Shown here piece after piece: positions 27,983 through 39,000 of a DNA stretch of 64,000 nt. The translations under genes and the position numbers were made by a program. The stretch spans positions 3,840,001-3,904,000 of the forward strand of contig OY969696.1 in the NCBI GenBank assembly GCA_963702005.1, written 5' to 3'. The first letter of the stretch is position 1; each line of letters begins with the position of its first letter. The notes beneath the pieces were generated by a model that was not told where the DNA came from, made no database searches, and saw only the letters and a list, made by a program, of their open reading frames with translations. This DNA is from Candidatus Aminicenantes bacterium. GTDB lineage: Bacteria; Acidobacteriota; Aminicenantia; Aminicenantales; JAFGBC01.

Positions 27983-30900
27983 TCATTTCGACTTAAGGGC
28001 CGCCAGCCGCTTCTTGGCATCCGCGACCTCGGGTAATCCCGTATCGGCGTCCTTCCAGAGGTCGAGGAAGCGCTGGTATTGCTCAACCGCTTTCGCCTTC
28101 AGGCCTTTCTGTTCGTAAAGCTTAGCCAGCCGGTAATGGTATTTGGGATGGATGAGATAGCGCGAGAGGTTTTTGGGGTCAAAGGTGATCAGCCGCTCAT
28201 ATTCAGCAATGGCTCTGTCTATGTCTCCTTTCTGCTCATACGCCCGGGGCAAAACGTCCTTCATCATCGGCATGTTGTACAAGATCAGCGTGTCTTTCCA
28301 ACCAAAATGAAGTGGGCGCAAGGGTGTTTGTTTCTCAAACACGGCGATGGCCTTTTCGGGGAATCCGGCCTTGAGCGACAGCTCGGCACTTAAGAAATTC
28401 ATATAGAACGACACCCAGTCTTTCCGCCAAGGCGGCATCTTTGCATAGAGTGATTTCATCCCTGATAATATGTTCTTGGCTGAATCCATATGCCCGGCCT
28501 TCAATTCCAATAGCCCCGATAGGAATTTATAGATTCCCGGATAATGTAATTTGTTTTCAGGATAAGCTTTGATAAAATCGTCAAGCCAGGCTTCGTTAGA
28601 CCTGTGGCTTTGATCCAGCTCCCCCCGGTCATAATAAACAAAGGCCTTTACCAGGTTTATATAGGGCCGTCCCCAAACATACCCTGGTTCTGAGTATTCT
28701 TCAGCTTCACGAAAGTAAAAATCGCAGTCCTTCAAGCTCCCCAACCAGTAGCGGCAAAACCCTTTCCAAAGATACCCCGTCCTTTTATGCTCCGGAGAAG
28801 GGGCCGTAGCGATGAATTTATCGAACCATCTCATCGCCTCAGCATACTCCGCCTTCAAGGCATAGATGTACCCGACACTAAAATAGGTAGTATAAAAATC
28901 AGATTTAATCTTTAACGCTTCTTTGTAATTCGCTATGGCCTCATCCAGTTGGCCCATATCAAAATAGGCCTCAGCCAAAGAATCAAGCGGGGCGGCTTCA
29001 TTCGGGTTTAAAGACACATATATTTTAAAATGCTCAACCGCCTTTGTAAAATCCCCCATAAAGAGATATACATAACCTAGTTCATTATGAGCCAACCCAT
29101 AGTTGGGATCCAGGTCCAGGGCTTTATTAAGCTCTATTATTGCTTTGTCATAGGCTTCTATATTCCTGTAATAAATCCCCAGACTATAAAATAATCCTTT
29201 TTCCTTAGGATATTTTTCGGCCATCTGCCGGAGGATGCGGACTGCTTTTTCCGTATCTTTCTCTACCGCGTCGGCATAATATTCCTCGATATTGAGCCTC
29301 TCCTTTTCAGTTGTCTTGAGCGATAGAGCTTTGGCCTTTTTAAGGGCGGCGGCTCCCGCTTCAATATTTTCAAGATTAAAATTTGCATAAGCGAGGTTGT
29401 AATAGGCCATGGCAAAATCCGGGTCAAGCGCAACAGCTTTTTCGAAAGCGATCCGCGCATCATTGAAATAGAACTTCCTGAGATTCTCCTTCCCTTCCAC
29501 ATAATACCTGTAAGCTTCCATTGAACGGGTTGTGACATCAGCTATAGGCATCTCGGCGGATTCAACGTTTTTTCCGGCCAGGCCTATGCCCGCAGAGATT
29601 TCCTTGGTCAGTTCATCGATCTGTTTATTGATGATGCTTGAAACTCCCTCTCCTTTTGAGCTGGAACTCCCGAGGAGTTTTTTGGTGTCCGCATCCAGCA
29701 CTTTCACATCTGTGGCAAAGGTCTCTCCGGCTTTGATGTAGCTCCCCAAAACAATGGTTTTAATGCCTTCCCTCCGGCATAACTCGAAACCGAGCTGCCT
29801 GTCGATGACTTCGACATTCTTCTTTCCCATCTGCTCAAGAAGGTCTTGCATCCGTTCCCAGGTGGCCACATAGAGCTTGTTTTCCCGCTCCAGGCTGGTA
29901 ATCAGAAGGTCAGGAATGGCCTTTTGTAAATAGTCGAAGGCTTTATCTCCTGTATGATTCTCAAAACTGATGACGGCGATGGAGTTCTCGATCTTGGGCG
30001 CGGCGGGCGCCTTTTTATGAGGGATGAATTTCCAAAGAACGACGGCGGCAGCGGCCAGCACGATGACGGCTACCAAAGGGACGGCGAGCTTTCTTAAGTT
30101 GAATTGAACGGTGATTTCCCGGGAAGTGAAAGACTTCTTGGGAGCGATAACGCGCTCGGTCGTCGGCAGGCCCTGCTCGACCTTTTCAAGGTCGATCCGC
30201 AAATCCGCCGCCGTCTGATAGCGCTTGGCTTTGTCCTTCTCCAGGCAGTGGAGGATGACCCGGCTCAGGTCTTCGGGAAGCTGGGAATTAAGCTCGCGCG
30301 GATTGCGCGGCCGCTCGCTCTTGTGCTTAACCCCGATGGTGAATGGCGTGTCGCCTTCAAACGGCACATGACCCGTCACCATCTCGAAGAGGATGACCCC
30401 CAGCGAGTAGATGTCCGAGCGCTCATCGACTTCCTTGCCTTCGACCTGCTCCGGCGACATGTACTCCGGCGTCCCGATCATCACCCCGGCGCCCGTGATA
30501 CCTTTCCCCAGGAGCGACCGGGCGATCCCGAAGTCCATGATCCGGGCGTTCCCGTCCTCGTCCACCATGATGTTCTGCGGCTTCAGGTCGCGGTGGACGA
30601 CCCCGAGGTGATGGGCTTCCGCCAAGCCTTCGCACACTTGCTTGGCGATCGATACGCTCCGCCCGACTCCCAGCTGGCCCGACTTCCGGATGAACTTCTT
30701 CAGGTCCTCGCCCGGCACGAATTCCATGGTGATGAAAGTCGTGCCCTCGGTTTTGCCCATATCGAACATGCGGCAGACGTTGCGGTGACTGATCTTCCGG
30801 GCGAGCTTGAGCTCGTTTGAGAAGCGTTCGACGGTCTCCTTGTCCAGGGCCATCTCGGGCCGCAAGAGCTTGAGGGCGATCTTCTCCTTGATGTCGGTGT

Positions 30901-31135
30901 CGAAAGCCTTATAAACCCGGCCCATCCCGCCGTGGCCCAGCTCCTCGATGATCTGGTAGCGCCCGGCGAAGGTCGAGCCGGTTGTCAGTTCTTTGAGTGG
31001 CGTGTTTGCCGTCTCGGTTCGAGAGTCGGGAATATCCTGGGACGAAGGGAGCGGCGTCGCACACTTCCCGCAGTAATAGGTATCGGCAGGATTGTCAAAA
31101 TGGCACTTGGGGCACTCCATGGTCTTTGTCCCCAT
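27983..31135 (-). CDS. Ser/Thr protein kinase (zinc ribbon, kinase, TM, TolB-N/CsgG-like, TPR), paralogue K3; alternative start 31120
   Basis: Same architecture; 'SIAVISFEN'; AT-rich TPR region. Confidence 0.93.
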   Translation of the reverse strand: MGTKTMECPKCHFDNPADTYYCGKCATPLPSSQDIPDSRTETANTPLKELTTGSTFAGRYQIIEELGHGGMGRVYKAFDTDIKEKIALKLLRPEMALDKETVERFSNELKLARKISHRNVCRMFDMGKTEGTTFITMEFVPGEDLKKFIRKSGQLGVGRSVSIAKQVCEGLAEAHHLGVVHRDLKPQNIMVDEDGNARIMDFGIARSLLGKGITGAGVMIGTPEYMSPEQVEGKEVDERSDIYSLGVILFEMVTGHVPFEGDTPFTIGVKHKSERPRNPRELNSQLPEDLSRVILHCLEKDKAKRYQTAADLRIDLEKVEQGLPTTERVIAPKKSFTSREITVQFNLRKLAVPLVAVIVLAAAAVVLWKFIPHKKAPAAPKIENSIAVISFENHTGDKAFDYLQKAIPDLLITSLERENKLYVATWERMQDLLEQMGKKNVEVIDRQLGFELCRREGIKTIVLGSYIKAGETFATDVKVLDADTKKLLGSSSSKGEGVSSIINKQIDELTKEISAGIGLAGKNVESAEMPIADVTTRSMEAYRYYVEGKENLRKFYFNDARIAFEKAVALDPDFAMAYYNLAYANFNLENIEAGAAALKKAKALSLKTTEKERLNIEEYYADAVEKDTEKAVRILRQMAEKYPKEKGLFYSLGIYYRNIEAYDKAIIELNKALDLDPNYGLAHNELGYVYLFMGDFTKAVEHFKIYVSLNPNEAAPLDSLAEAYFDMGQLDEAIANYKEALKIKSDFYTTYFSVGYIYALKAEYAEAMRWFDKFIATAPSPEHKRTGYLWKGFCRYWLGSLKDCDFYFREAEEYSEPGYVWGRPYINLVKAFVYYDRGELDQSHRSNEAWLDDFIKAYPENKLHYPGIYKFLSGLLELKAGHMDSAKNILSGMKSLYAKMPPWRKDWVSFYMNFLSAELSLKAGFPEKAIAVFEKQTPLRPLHFGWKDTLILYNMPMMKDVLPRAYEQKGDIDRAIAEYERLITFDPKNLSRYLIHPKYHYRLAKLYEQKGLKAKAVEQYQRFLDLWKDADTGLPEVADAKKRLAALKSK

Positions 31136-31150
31136 CCCGTTATCTGCCCA

Positions 31151-31179
31151 AGGATAGCACCGCTAAACGGAGAAGTCAA
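31151..31179 (-). promoter_or_regulatory. Putative sigma70 promoter of the kinase array
   Basis: Minus strand TTGACT-17 bp-TATCCT with extended -10 TG. Confidence 0.6.
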
Positions 31180-31233
31180 AATACTTACAAAACAGAAAAA
31201 ATCCAAAAATCAGGGGAAAAAAGGATTGTTGGG

Positions 31234-31309
31234 TGGTGGAGCTGATGGGATTTGAACCCACGACCTCTTGACTGCCAGTCAAGCGTTCTCCCAACTGAAC
31301 TACAGCCCC
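31234..31309 (-). tRNA. tRNA-Ala (GGC)
   Basis: GGGGCTGTAGTTCAGTTGGGAGAACGCTTGACTGGCAGTCAAGAGGTCGTGGGTTCAAATCCCATCAGCTCCACCA: cloverleaf, G3:U70 pair, anticodon GGC, encoded CCA. Confidence 0.98.
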
Positions 31310-31324
31310 ACCGTTGGGCGTTTT

Positions 31325-31353
31325 ATTATGGCAAAAGTCCCTATGTCCGTCAA
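31325..31353 (-). promoter_or_regulatory. Putative sigma70 promoter of tRNA-Ala
   Basis: Minus strand TTGACG-17 bp-CATAAT just upstream of the tRNA. Confidence 0.65.
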
Positions 31354-31429
31354 GGCCATTCGGGCGGGAGTGCATCATCGAGTGGATATCCGCCGGCGAT
31401 TTGATATATAATCCGGGCGGCAAATTCTC

Positions 31430-32377
31430 ATGACCGCTCACCAAGGCCGTCCCATCGTCGTCGTCGGGAGCTCCAACACCGACATGGTCATCAAGACGGC
31501 CCGTCTGCCCGGGCCCGGCGAGACCGTCCTGGGCGGCCGCTTCACCATGGCGGCGGGCGGCAAGGGCGCCAACCAAGCCGTGGCCGCGGCCCGGGCCGGG
31601 GGCCGAGTCCATCTGGTGGCCCGAGTCGGGAACGATCTTTTCGGGGATAGCGCCCTCCAGGGATTCCGTCGCGACGATATCCACATCGACCACGTCCTCA
31701 TCGACGAGGGCGCCCACTCGGGAATCGCCCTCATCATCGTCAACGAAGACGGCGAAAACTCGATCGCCGTCGCTTCGGGTGCCAACGCCCGTCTCTCCCC
31801 GGACGACGTCCGGGGCGCCCGGGACACGATCGGCCGGGCCGGCATCCTCCTCCTCCAGCTCGAGATCCCGATGGAGACCGTCGAGGAGGCGGCGCGGATC
31901 GCCGCCGAAGCCGGGGCCAAGGTCATTCTGAACCCCGCCCCGGCCAGGGCCCTGAACCCCGGCCTCCTGCAACGGATCGATTACCTGACGCCCAACGAAA
32001 ACGAAGTCGAAAACCTCACGGGAATCAGGGTCGAGACCGAAAGCGACGCCGCCAAAGCCTCCCGCCTGCTTCTCCAGCACGGAGTTAAGGCGGTCTTGAT
32101 CACGCTCGGCCAGCGGGGCGCCTATGTGGCCGGGCAGGGCTTCCGAAAGCTCATCCCCAGCTTCGCGATCGAGGCCGTGGATTCGACGGCGGCCGGGGAT
32201 GTCTTCAACGGCGCTTTGGCCGTGGCCCTCGCTGAAAACAGACCCCTCCTCGACGCCGTCCGGTTCGCAAACGCGGCGGCCGCGATTTCGGTGACGCGGT
32301 TGGGCGCTCAGCCCTCGGCTCCCGGCCGCGAGGAGATCGAAGCGTTTCTCAGCTCCCGAACAAGCGATCAGAGTTAA
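31430..32377 (+). CDS. rbsK: Ribokinase (PfkB family)
   Basis: 'VVGSSNTD', 'GGKGANQAVAAAR', 'TPNENE', 'DSTAAGDVFNGALA'. Confidence 0.93.
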   Translation: MTAHQGRPIVVVGSSNTDMVIKTARLPGPGETVLGGRFTMAAGGKGANQAVAAARAGGRVHLVARVGNDLFGDSALQGFRRDDIHIDHVLIDEGAHSGIALIIVNEDGENSIAVASGANARLSPDDVRGARDTIGRAGILLLQLEIPMETVEEAARIAAEAGAKVILNPAPARALNPGLLQRIDYLTPNENEVENLTGIRVETESDAAKASRLLLQHGVKAVLITLGQRGAYVAGQGFRKLIPSFAIEAVDSTAAGDVFNGALAVALAENRPLLDAVRFANAAAAISVTRLGAQPSAPGREEIEAFLSSRTSDQS

Positions 32378-32393
32378 GGGAGTGCCGCGCCCT

Positions 32394-35300
32394 TCAGTCG
32401 ATCTTGATCGGCTTGAAGGGCTCGAAGAGCGAAAACCCGGCCTCATTGAGAAGGGCCTTGAAGGCCTCGATATCCTTGCCGAAGACTTCGTTGACCTTGG
32501 GCAGGAACTCGGCGAGCTTGGCCTTGGCCTTCTCGTAGCGGACTTGGGCCGCCTGGCCGATCGGATCGTAGCCGGCCCGGGACAAACCCGAAACGCCCCC
32601 CATGACCTGGCTCATCAAGCCCGAGGAACGGTCGGCCATCCCCTGCTTGGCCGGAGTCGGGTTGATGATCTCGGCCAAGGCTTTGAGCTTTTTATCGAGG
32701 TCGTCGGCCGCCTTCATGATGTCCGTCATTTTCGGCCCGCGGTTGGCGCGGCCATTGTCTCTCACGGTTTGGAGGGCTTTCTGGGCGGCCTGGATCTGCT
32801 GCTGGGCGGCCGTGAGCGCCGAGGAAAGCTTGCGGGCCTCGATGGCCAGGTCGTGATTGGCCTTGAGGACGGCCAAGTCCGCTTTGAAGCGGGGATCTGA
32901 CGTCGCCGTAAACGTCCCGGTCGCCTCCTCGCCCTCGTACTTGATCTTGACCGTGTAGGTGCCGGGAAGGGCTGAGATGCCGCCGCGGCCACCGAAGAAA
33001 GGCATGCCGCTCTGACCTTGAGGCTCGCCCTCCCGCTCCCGGCCGGGATCCTGCTGTTCCTGGAAATTCCAGTAAGCCCGATTGATGCCCTTGTTTTCGG
33101 GACCGCTGAACTGGGCGAGGAGCTTCCCGGATGCGTCGAGGACGCTGACCTGGACGCGGGTTTTCTTGGGCGCCGTCGACGCCGTCGCGTCGCCCGGTCC
33201 GCCCGGCGCGCCCTCGGCGGGCTTCTCGTCCTTGCGCTCGACCGGGGTCAGGAAGTAGCTGAATTCGGCCTGCATGGTCTTGTTCTCGCCGGCGAATATT
33301 CCGTCGCCCGGACTCTGGTACGAACTCATCCGGCCCTGCTGCCACATGACGCTTCCGTGGACCGGGAAGAGGTGGAGCTTCTTCGCCGCGATTTCGGCGG
33401 ATAGATCCCGGAGCGGGCTGATATCGTCGATGACATAGAGGGATCGGCCGTGGGTCCCGATGACGATATCGTTCTCGCGGGGCTGTACGGCGATGTCGTA
33501 GACGGGTGCGGTCGGGAGGCCCTGGGTCCACTTCATCCAGCCCGCGCCTCCGCTGAAGCTCACGAACATCCCGAACTCGGTTCCCAGGAAGAGGAGGTCG
33601 CGGTCGACGGAGTCCTCCTTGATGACGTGGCAGTAGCCGTCGATCTCGGACGCCGTCAGGCTCTTCCAGGTCTTTCCGAAGTCGCGGGTCACAAAGACAT
33701 AGGGCGTCCAGTTGGAGCGGCGGTGGTCGTCGAAGACGGCATAGGCTGCGGCCGCTTCGAATCGAGAGGCCTCGAGATGCGGGACCCAGGTTCCTTCGGG
33801 GACCGGGGGTTTCTTGCCGCGGTCGAGCGAGCCGCTGACGAGCTCCCAGGTTTTGCCGCCGTCGCGGGTCAGCTGGATGTTCCCGTCGTCGGTCGAGACC
33901 CAGACCAAGCCCTCCTGGAGCGGGCTGGGCGCGATGCACAGGATCGAGCAGTGGTTCTCGGCGTTCGAGACGTCGAGGGTCAGGCCGCCGCTCTCGGGCT
34001 GCTTCTGCTTGGACGGGTCGTTCGTCGTCAGGTCCGGGCTGATGATCTCCCAGGTCATGCCCTTGTCGGGGCTGCGGTGGACGAACTGGCTGCCCAGGTA
34101 GATCACGGCGGGCTTGAAAGGATCGACCGCGAACCCGGCGTTCCAGTTGAAGCGATGCTTGACGGCGCTCTCGGTCGGGACGCAGGTCCGGCTGGTCCCG
34201 GTCGCCGTGTCGAAATAGTAAAGACTCCCGCCCTGGGACATTCCGTAGCCGGCGCCGGGCCGCTCGGGGTCGGGCTCGACGTCGAAGCCGTCGCCGCCGC
34301 CGACCATGGTCCAGTCGTAATCATAGAGGGCGCGCTCCCTGACCGAGTAGGCGGGGCCCATCCAGGAGCCGTTGTCCTGAAGGCCGCCGTAGACGTTGTA
34401 GGGCGTGGCCAGGTCGGTGCTGACGTGATAGAACTGGCCGAGCGGGAGGCTCTCCATGAACGCCCACTTCCGGCCCCGGTCGCGGCTGATGACGACGCCG
34501 CCGTCGTTCCCGGCGATGAGGATGTTCCCGTCGGGGCTAATCCACATGGCGTGATAATCGGAATGGGATTGCGAAAATGAGGCCAGGATCCGGAGGGTCT
34601 TCCCGCCGTCCTCGCTGACCCGGAGCTGGGTCGCCAGCAGATAGACGACGTTCTCGCTCGCGGGGCTGGCCCAGATCCGGCAGTAATAGAACGGCCGGTT
34701 GTTGATATCCTGTTCGCCGTTGACGGCCTGCCAGGTCAAGCCGCCGTCCCCCGAACGGAGAAGGACGTTCTTATCGGCCTCGACCAGGGCATAGGCGACC
34801 CGCGGGTTGCCGGGCGCGAAGACGATCCCGATCCGGCCCAGCTCGCCCTTGGGAAGGCCGTCGCTATCGCCGAGCTTTTTCCAGGTCTCGCCGCCGTCCG
34901 TCGTGAGGTAGAGCCCGCTCCCCGGGCCCCCCGACTTGAAGAACCAGGGCCAGCGCCGGTGCTCCCAGAGGGCAGCCAGGATCCGATTCGGGTTGGAAGG
35001 ATCCATGGCCAGGTCGGCGACGCCGGTCCGTTCGTCGACGTAGAGAATTTTCTTCCAGGTCTTTCCGCCGTCAACGGTTCGGAAGAGCCCGCGTTCGGGG
35101 CTGTCCCCCAAGTAGCCCCGAGGGCCCCAACGTAGGCGACGTCCGGGTCGGACGGGTGGAGGAGGATCTTGCTGATCTTTTCGGTCTTCTCCAGGCCCAG
35201 GCACTTCCAGGTCTTGCCGCCGTCGCGGGTCAGGTAAACGCCGCGTCCCACGCTCACGCTGTTGCGTGGAGCGGCTTCGCCCGTCCCGACCCAGACGACG

Positions 35301-35647
35301 TCGGGGGTCGTCTGGTTGATCGCGATCGCGCCGATCGAGGCGACCGGCTGGTCGTCGAAAACCGGCGTCCAGGTCGTGCCGCCGTTCTCGGATTTCCAGA
35401 GGCCGCCGGCGGCCGCGCCGACCCAGACGATCCGGGGATCGCAGGCGACGGCGTCGATGGCGCCGATCCGGCCGCTCATGTTGGCCGGGCCGATCGAGCG
35501 GGCCTTGAGGCCGGCGAAGATGGCGGGGTCGAATTTGGGCGGCGCCGCCTGAGGAGGGTTTTTTTCGGCCGCGGCCGGGAATGAAACGGCCAGGATCAGA
35601 GTCCAAATAAAGAAAAGAATACTGCGGGACGGTCTGGATGCGATCAC
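32394..35647 (-). pseudogene. VPS10/sortilin-like BNR-repeat beta-propeller glycosyl hydrolase, interrupted by a 1-nt frameshift at ~35105-35109
   Basis: N-half (GTG 35647 after AAGGAGG; 'RSIGPANMSGRI...GGLWKSENGG') and C-half ('DSPERGLFRTVDGGKTW...') lie in different frames; one extra G in the G5 run restores W-G-D-S-P-E-R; many SxDGGxTW repeats. Confidence 0.75.
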
Positions 35648-35809
35648 GGGACCTCCTTGTCGAAAACGCGGAGATATCATTATATACTTATATTTTAGAC
35701 GAAATCGCCGTGATTCTCTTCCCCTTAGGTGCATGAAAACCATACCTGAAAGTCGAGCGAGGGGTGGTGGGGTGAAGAGGCCCTACGCAGGGTCGAGCGG
35801 GCATGGTCT

Positions 35810-35860
35810 GATTTGGGGACATATTATCGATTTAAGAGAATCAGCTCTTGTCCCCAAATC
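35810..35860. repeat. GGGGAC...GTCCCC palindromic (MITE/REPIN-like) element
   Basis: Perfect 12-bp IR GATTTGGGGACA / TGTCCCCAAATC around an AT-rich spacer. Confidence 0.75.
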
Positions 35861-35943
35861 GGGAGCGAGACCCGGAGTGGGAGCGGGTTTGACTCGCTGG
35901 GGCAAACACGCGTCCTCTGAACCCCACTCCCCGAGCGACTGCA

Positions 35944-35972
35944 TTGACAACCCGGCGGGCCGGGTATACATT
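35944..35972 (+). promoter_or_regulatory. Putative sigma70 promoter of the Omp85-family gene
   Basis: TTGACA-17 bp-TACATT. Confidence 0.55.
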
Positions 35973-36092
35973 GCTAAATGGAAACGAAACGGATTCTTGG
36001 GGTGTTATTGGAAACGTGGACACAAAATCTTACATAATTGACAGATTTTGTAGGATATGGCACCCTAAAGCCAGCAAGGAGGTCATGCCGAC

Positions 36093-39000
36093 ATGAGACA
36101 TCCCCACTTTTCGAGATATACGGCTCTCGCGGTCTTGCTCTTGGCCGGCGTCGCCCTGATCGCCTCGACGGCGGGCGCCCAGTACTTCGGCCGCAACAAA
36201 GTCCAGTACAAGACGTTCGATTTCAAGATCCTCAAGACCGACCACTTCGACGTCTACTTCTACATGGATCGGGGGGCGGCCGACCGGGCCGCCCGGATGG
36301 CCGAGCGATGGTACGCCCGCTATTCCCGGTTTTTCAACCATGAGCTCAAGGGCCGCCAGCCCCTGATCCTCTACGCGAGCTCGAACGAATTCCAGCAGAC
36401 GACCGTGATCTCGGGCGTCATCGGCGAGGGGACGGGCGGCGTCACCGAATCCTTCAAGCGCCGGATCGTCGTCCCGGTCGGGATTTCCCCGGCCGAGACG
36501 GACCACGTCATCGGCCATGAGCTCGTCCACGCCTTCCAGTACGACATCGCGCGCAGCCCCAGGATGGGCGGCGGGCAGACCGGCGCCGACACCGGGTCGG
36601 CCGTCGAACGGCTTCCCCTCTGGCTCGTCGAGGGAATGGCCGAGTACCTTTCGATCGGCCCGATCGACCCCAACACGGCCATGTGGATGAGGGACGCGGC
36701 CCGGCGCAAGGACATCCCCGACATCAAGAAGCTCGGCAACAGCTACCGCTATTTCCCCTACCGCTGGGGCCAGGCCCTGCTCTCCTACATCGGCGGCCGC
36801 TGGGGCGACGAGACGGTCGCCCGGCTCATGACGACCGCCGCCCGGATGGGCGATTACCAGCCCGTCCTGGAGAAAGTCCTGGGCACGACCATCAAACAGC
36901 TGTCCGCGGACTGGAAAGACGCCCTGATCAAGGCCTATGAGCCGCTCGGGACGCTGACTCAGGTCCAGGCCAAGGACAGTGTGCCCGTCGTCAAAGGAAC
37001 CGAGATGAACGTCTACAATATCTCGCCGACCCTGAGCCCCGACGGCAAGGAGTTTATGTTCTTCTCGACCCGGGACCTGTTCTCGATCGACCTTTTCCAG
37101 GGCGATCCCAAGACGGGCAAGGTCACGGCCAAGCTGACCAACACGGCCGTCAACCCCCGCTTCGAAAGCCTCATGTTCATCTACTCGGCGGGAGCCTGGA
37201 GCGCGGACGGCGCCCGCTACGCCTTCAGCGCCGTCAGCAAGGGCGAGCCGGTCCTGACCGTCTATGACGTTCACGCGAAGAAATTCGAGCGCGACATCGT
37301 CTTCCCCCAGCTCGGCGAAATCTTCTACCCGACCTGGGCGCCCGATAGCAAGCGGGTCGCTTTCTCGGCCTTGGAGAACGGCATCTCCAACCTTTATATC
37401 TATAATCTCGAGACCGGAGTCCTCAGGAAAGTGACCGACGACGATTTCGCCCATCTCCACCCGGCTTGGTCTCCGGACGGCCGGTCCATCGCCTTCGTGA
37501 CGGACCGCTTCTCGAGCGACCCCTCCATCCTCAGTGTCGGTACTTACGAGCTGGCCCTGCTCGACCCGGACACGGGCGAGGTTCGCCGGGTCGAAGCCTT
37601 CAGCCGGGCCAAGAATACGAACCCTCAGTGGTCTCCCGATTCCCGCTCCCTGTACTTCATGTCCGACGTGAACGGCATCTCCAACATCTATCGGATCGAA
37701 CTGGAGACCCAGAAGATCTTCCAGGTTACCAACCTCTACGCCGGCGTCAGCGGTATTACGACGATCAGCCCGGCCTTCTCGATCGCCGAGAAATCGGGCC
37801 GGCTCATGTTCAGCGCCTACGATGAGGGCCGCTTCTCGCTCTATTCGATGGAGGCGCCCGAGGCCCTGGCCGGCTCGCCCGTCCTGGTCCAATTCGGCGA
37901 TTACCGGCCGGCCGTCCTGCCGCCCATGGACCGCCAGCCCGGTCTCGTGCTCGGCCTCCTCCGCAATCCCATCTTCGGGCTCCCCGAGACCGAGGAGTTT
38001 CCCGTCACGGACTACAAGCCCAAGCTCACTCTCGACCTGGTCAGCACTCCCCAGGTCGCCGTCGGCGTCGATCGCTTCGGGACTTACGGCGGCGGCGGTA
38101 TCACCCTCTACTGGAGCGACATGCTCGGCGAACATACGGTCGCGACCATGGCCCAGGTCAGCAACCGTCTCCAGGACAGCGCGGCCCTGGTCGGCTACAT
38201 GAACAGCCAACACCGCCTAAACTGGGGCGCGGTCGTCGAGCGCATCCCCTACGTCTACGATTTACCCGTCTACTATGAGGACATGGTCTACAACGAGCCC
38301 GCCGCGATCGAGGAGGAATACATCTATCGGCAGATCAACTATGAGGCGCAGGGCTTCCTGACTTATCCTTTCAGCCAGGTCCAGCGTTTGGAGTTCGGAG
38401 CCGGCGCGACCCTCATCGACTTCCAGAGCGAGGTCCGGACCTACGCCTATTCCCTGATCGACTACACGACCCTCATCAACGAAAAGACAAGTCTCCCCGC
38501 CCCCCCCAGCATCGCCTACGGCTTCGCCCAGGCCTCCCTCGTCTACGACAGCGCCCTGTTCGGCGCCACCGGTCCCATCATAGGCCAGAGCTACCTCCTC
38601 GAAGCTTCGCCCGTGATCGGGACCCTGACCTTCACGACTCTGATGGCCGACTATCGCCGCTACTTCATGCCCGTCCGGCCCTTCACCCTGGCCTTCCGCA
38701 TGCTCCATTACGGCAGGTACGGGAAGAGTGCCGACGACGAACGGCTCTACCCCATCTACCTCGGCTACGATGGACTTGTTCGCGGCTACGACTACAACAC
38801 CTTCGACGCCAGCGAATTTGAAGGCTCGGACGCCTTCGATTTCAACCGGTTGCTGGGCTCCAGGATCCTCGTCGCCAACGCGGAACTCCGCTTCCCGCTC
38901 TTCGGTCTGCTCGGGATCGGCCGCGGCTATTACGGCGTTTTCCCGATCGACTTCCTGGCCTTCTACGACGCGGGCGTGGCCTGGCAGAACGGCGTCAAGC

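Larger units (their letters stand above)
21686..31261. mobile_element. Putative tRNA-Ala-anchored genomic islet carrying three kinase paralogues; no integrase inside
   Basis: Bounded by the intact tRNA and a 3'-end duplication in the same orientation. Confidence 0.55.

Noticed and set aside
21751-31135. Diversity-generating retroelement explanation for the variable TPR regions
   Set aside because: No reverse transcriptase and no TR/VR pair differing only at adenines is visible in the window
36058-36073. Sigma54 promoter starting TGGCAC
   Set aside because: The -12 TTGC element is absent at the required spacing
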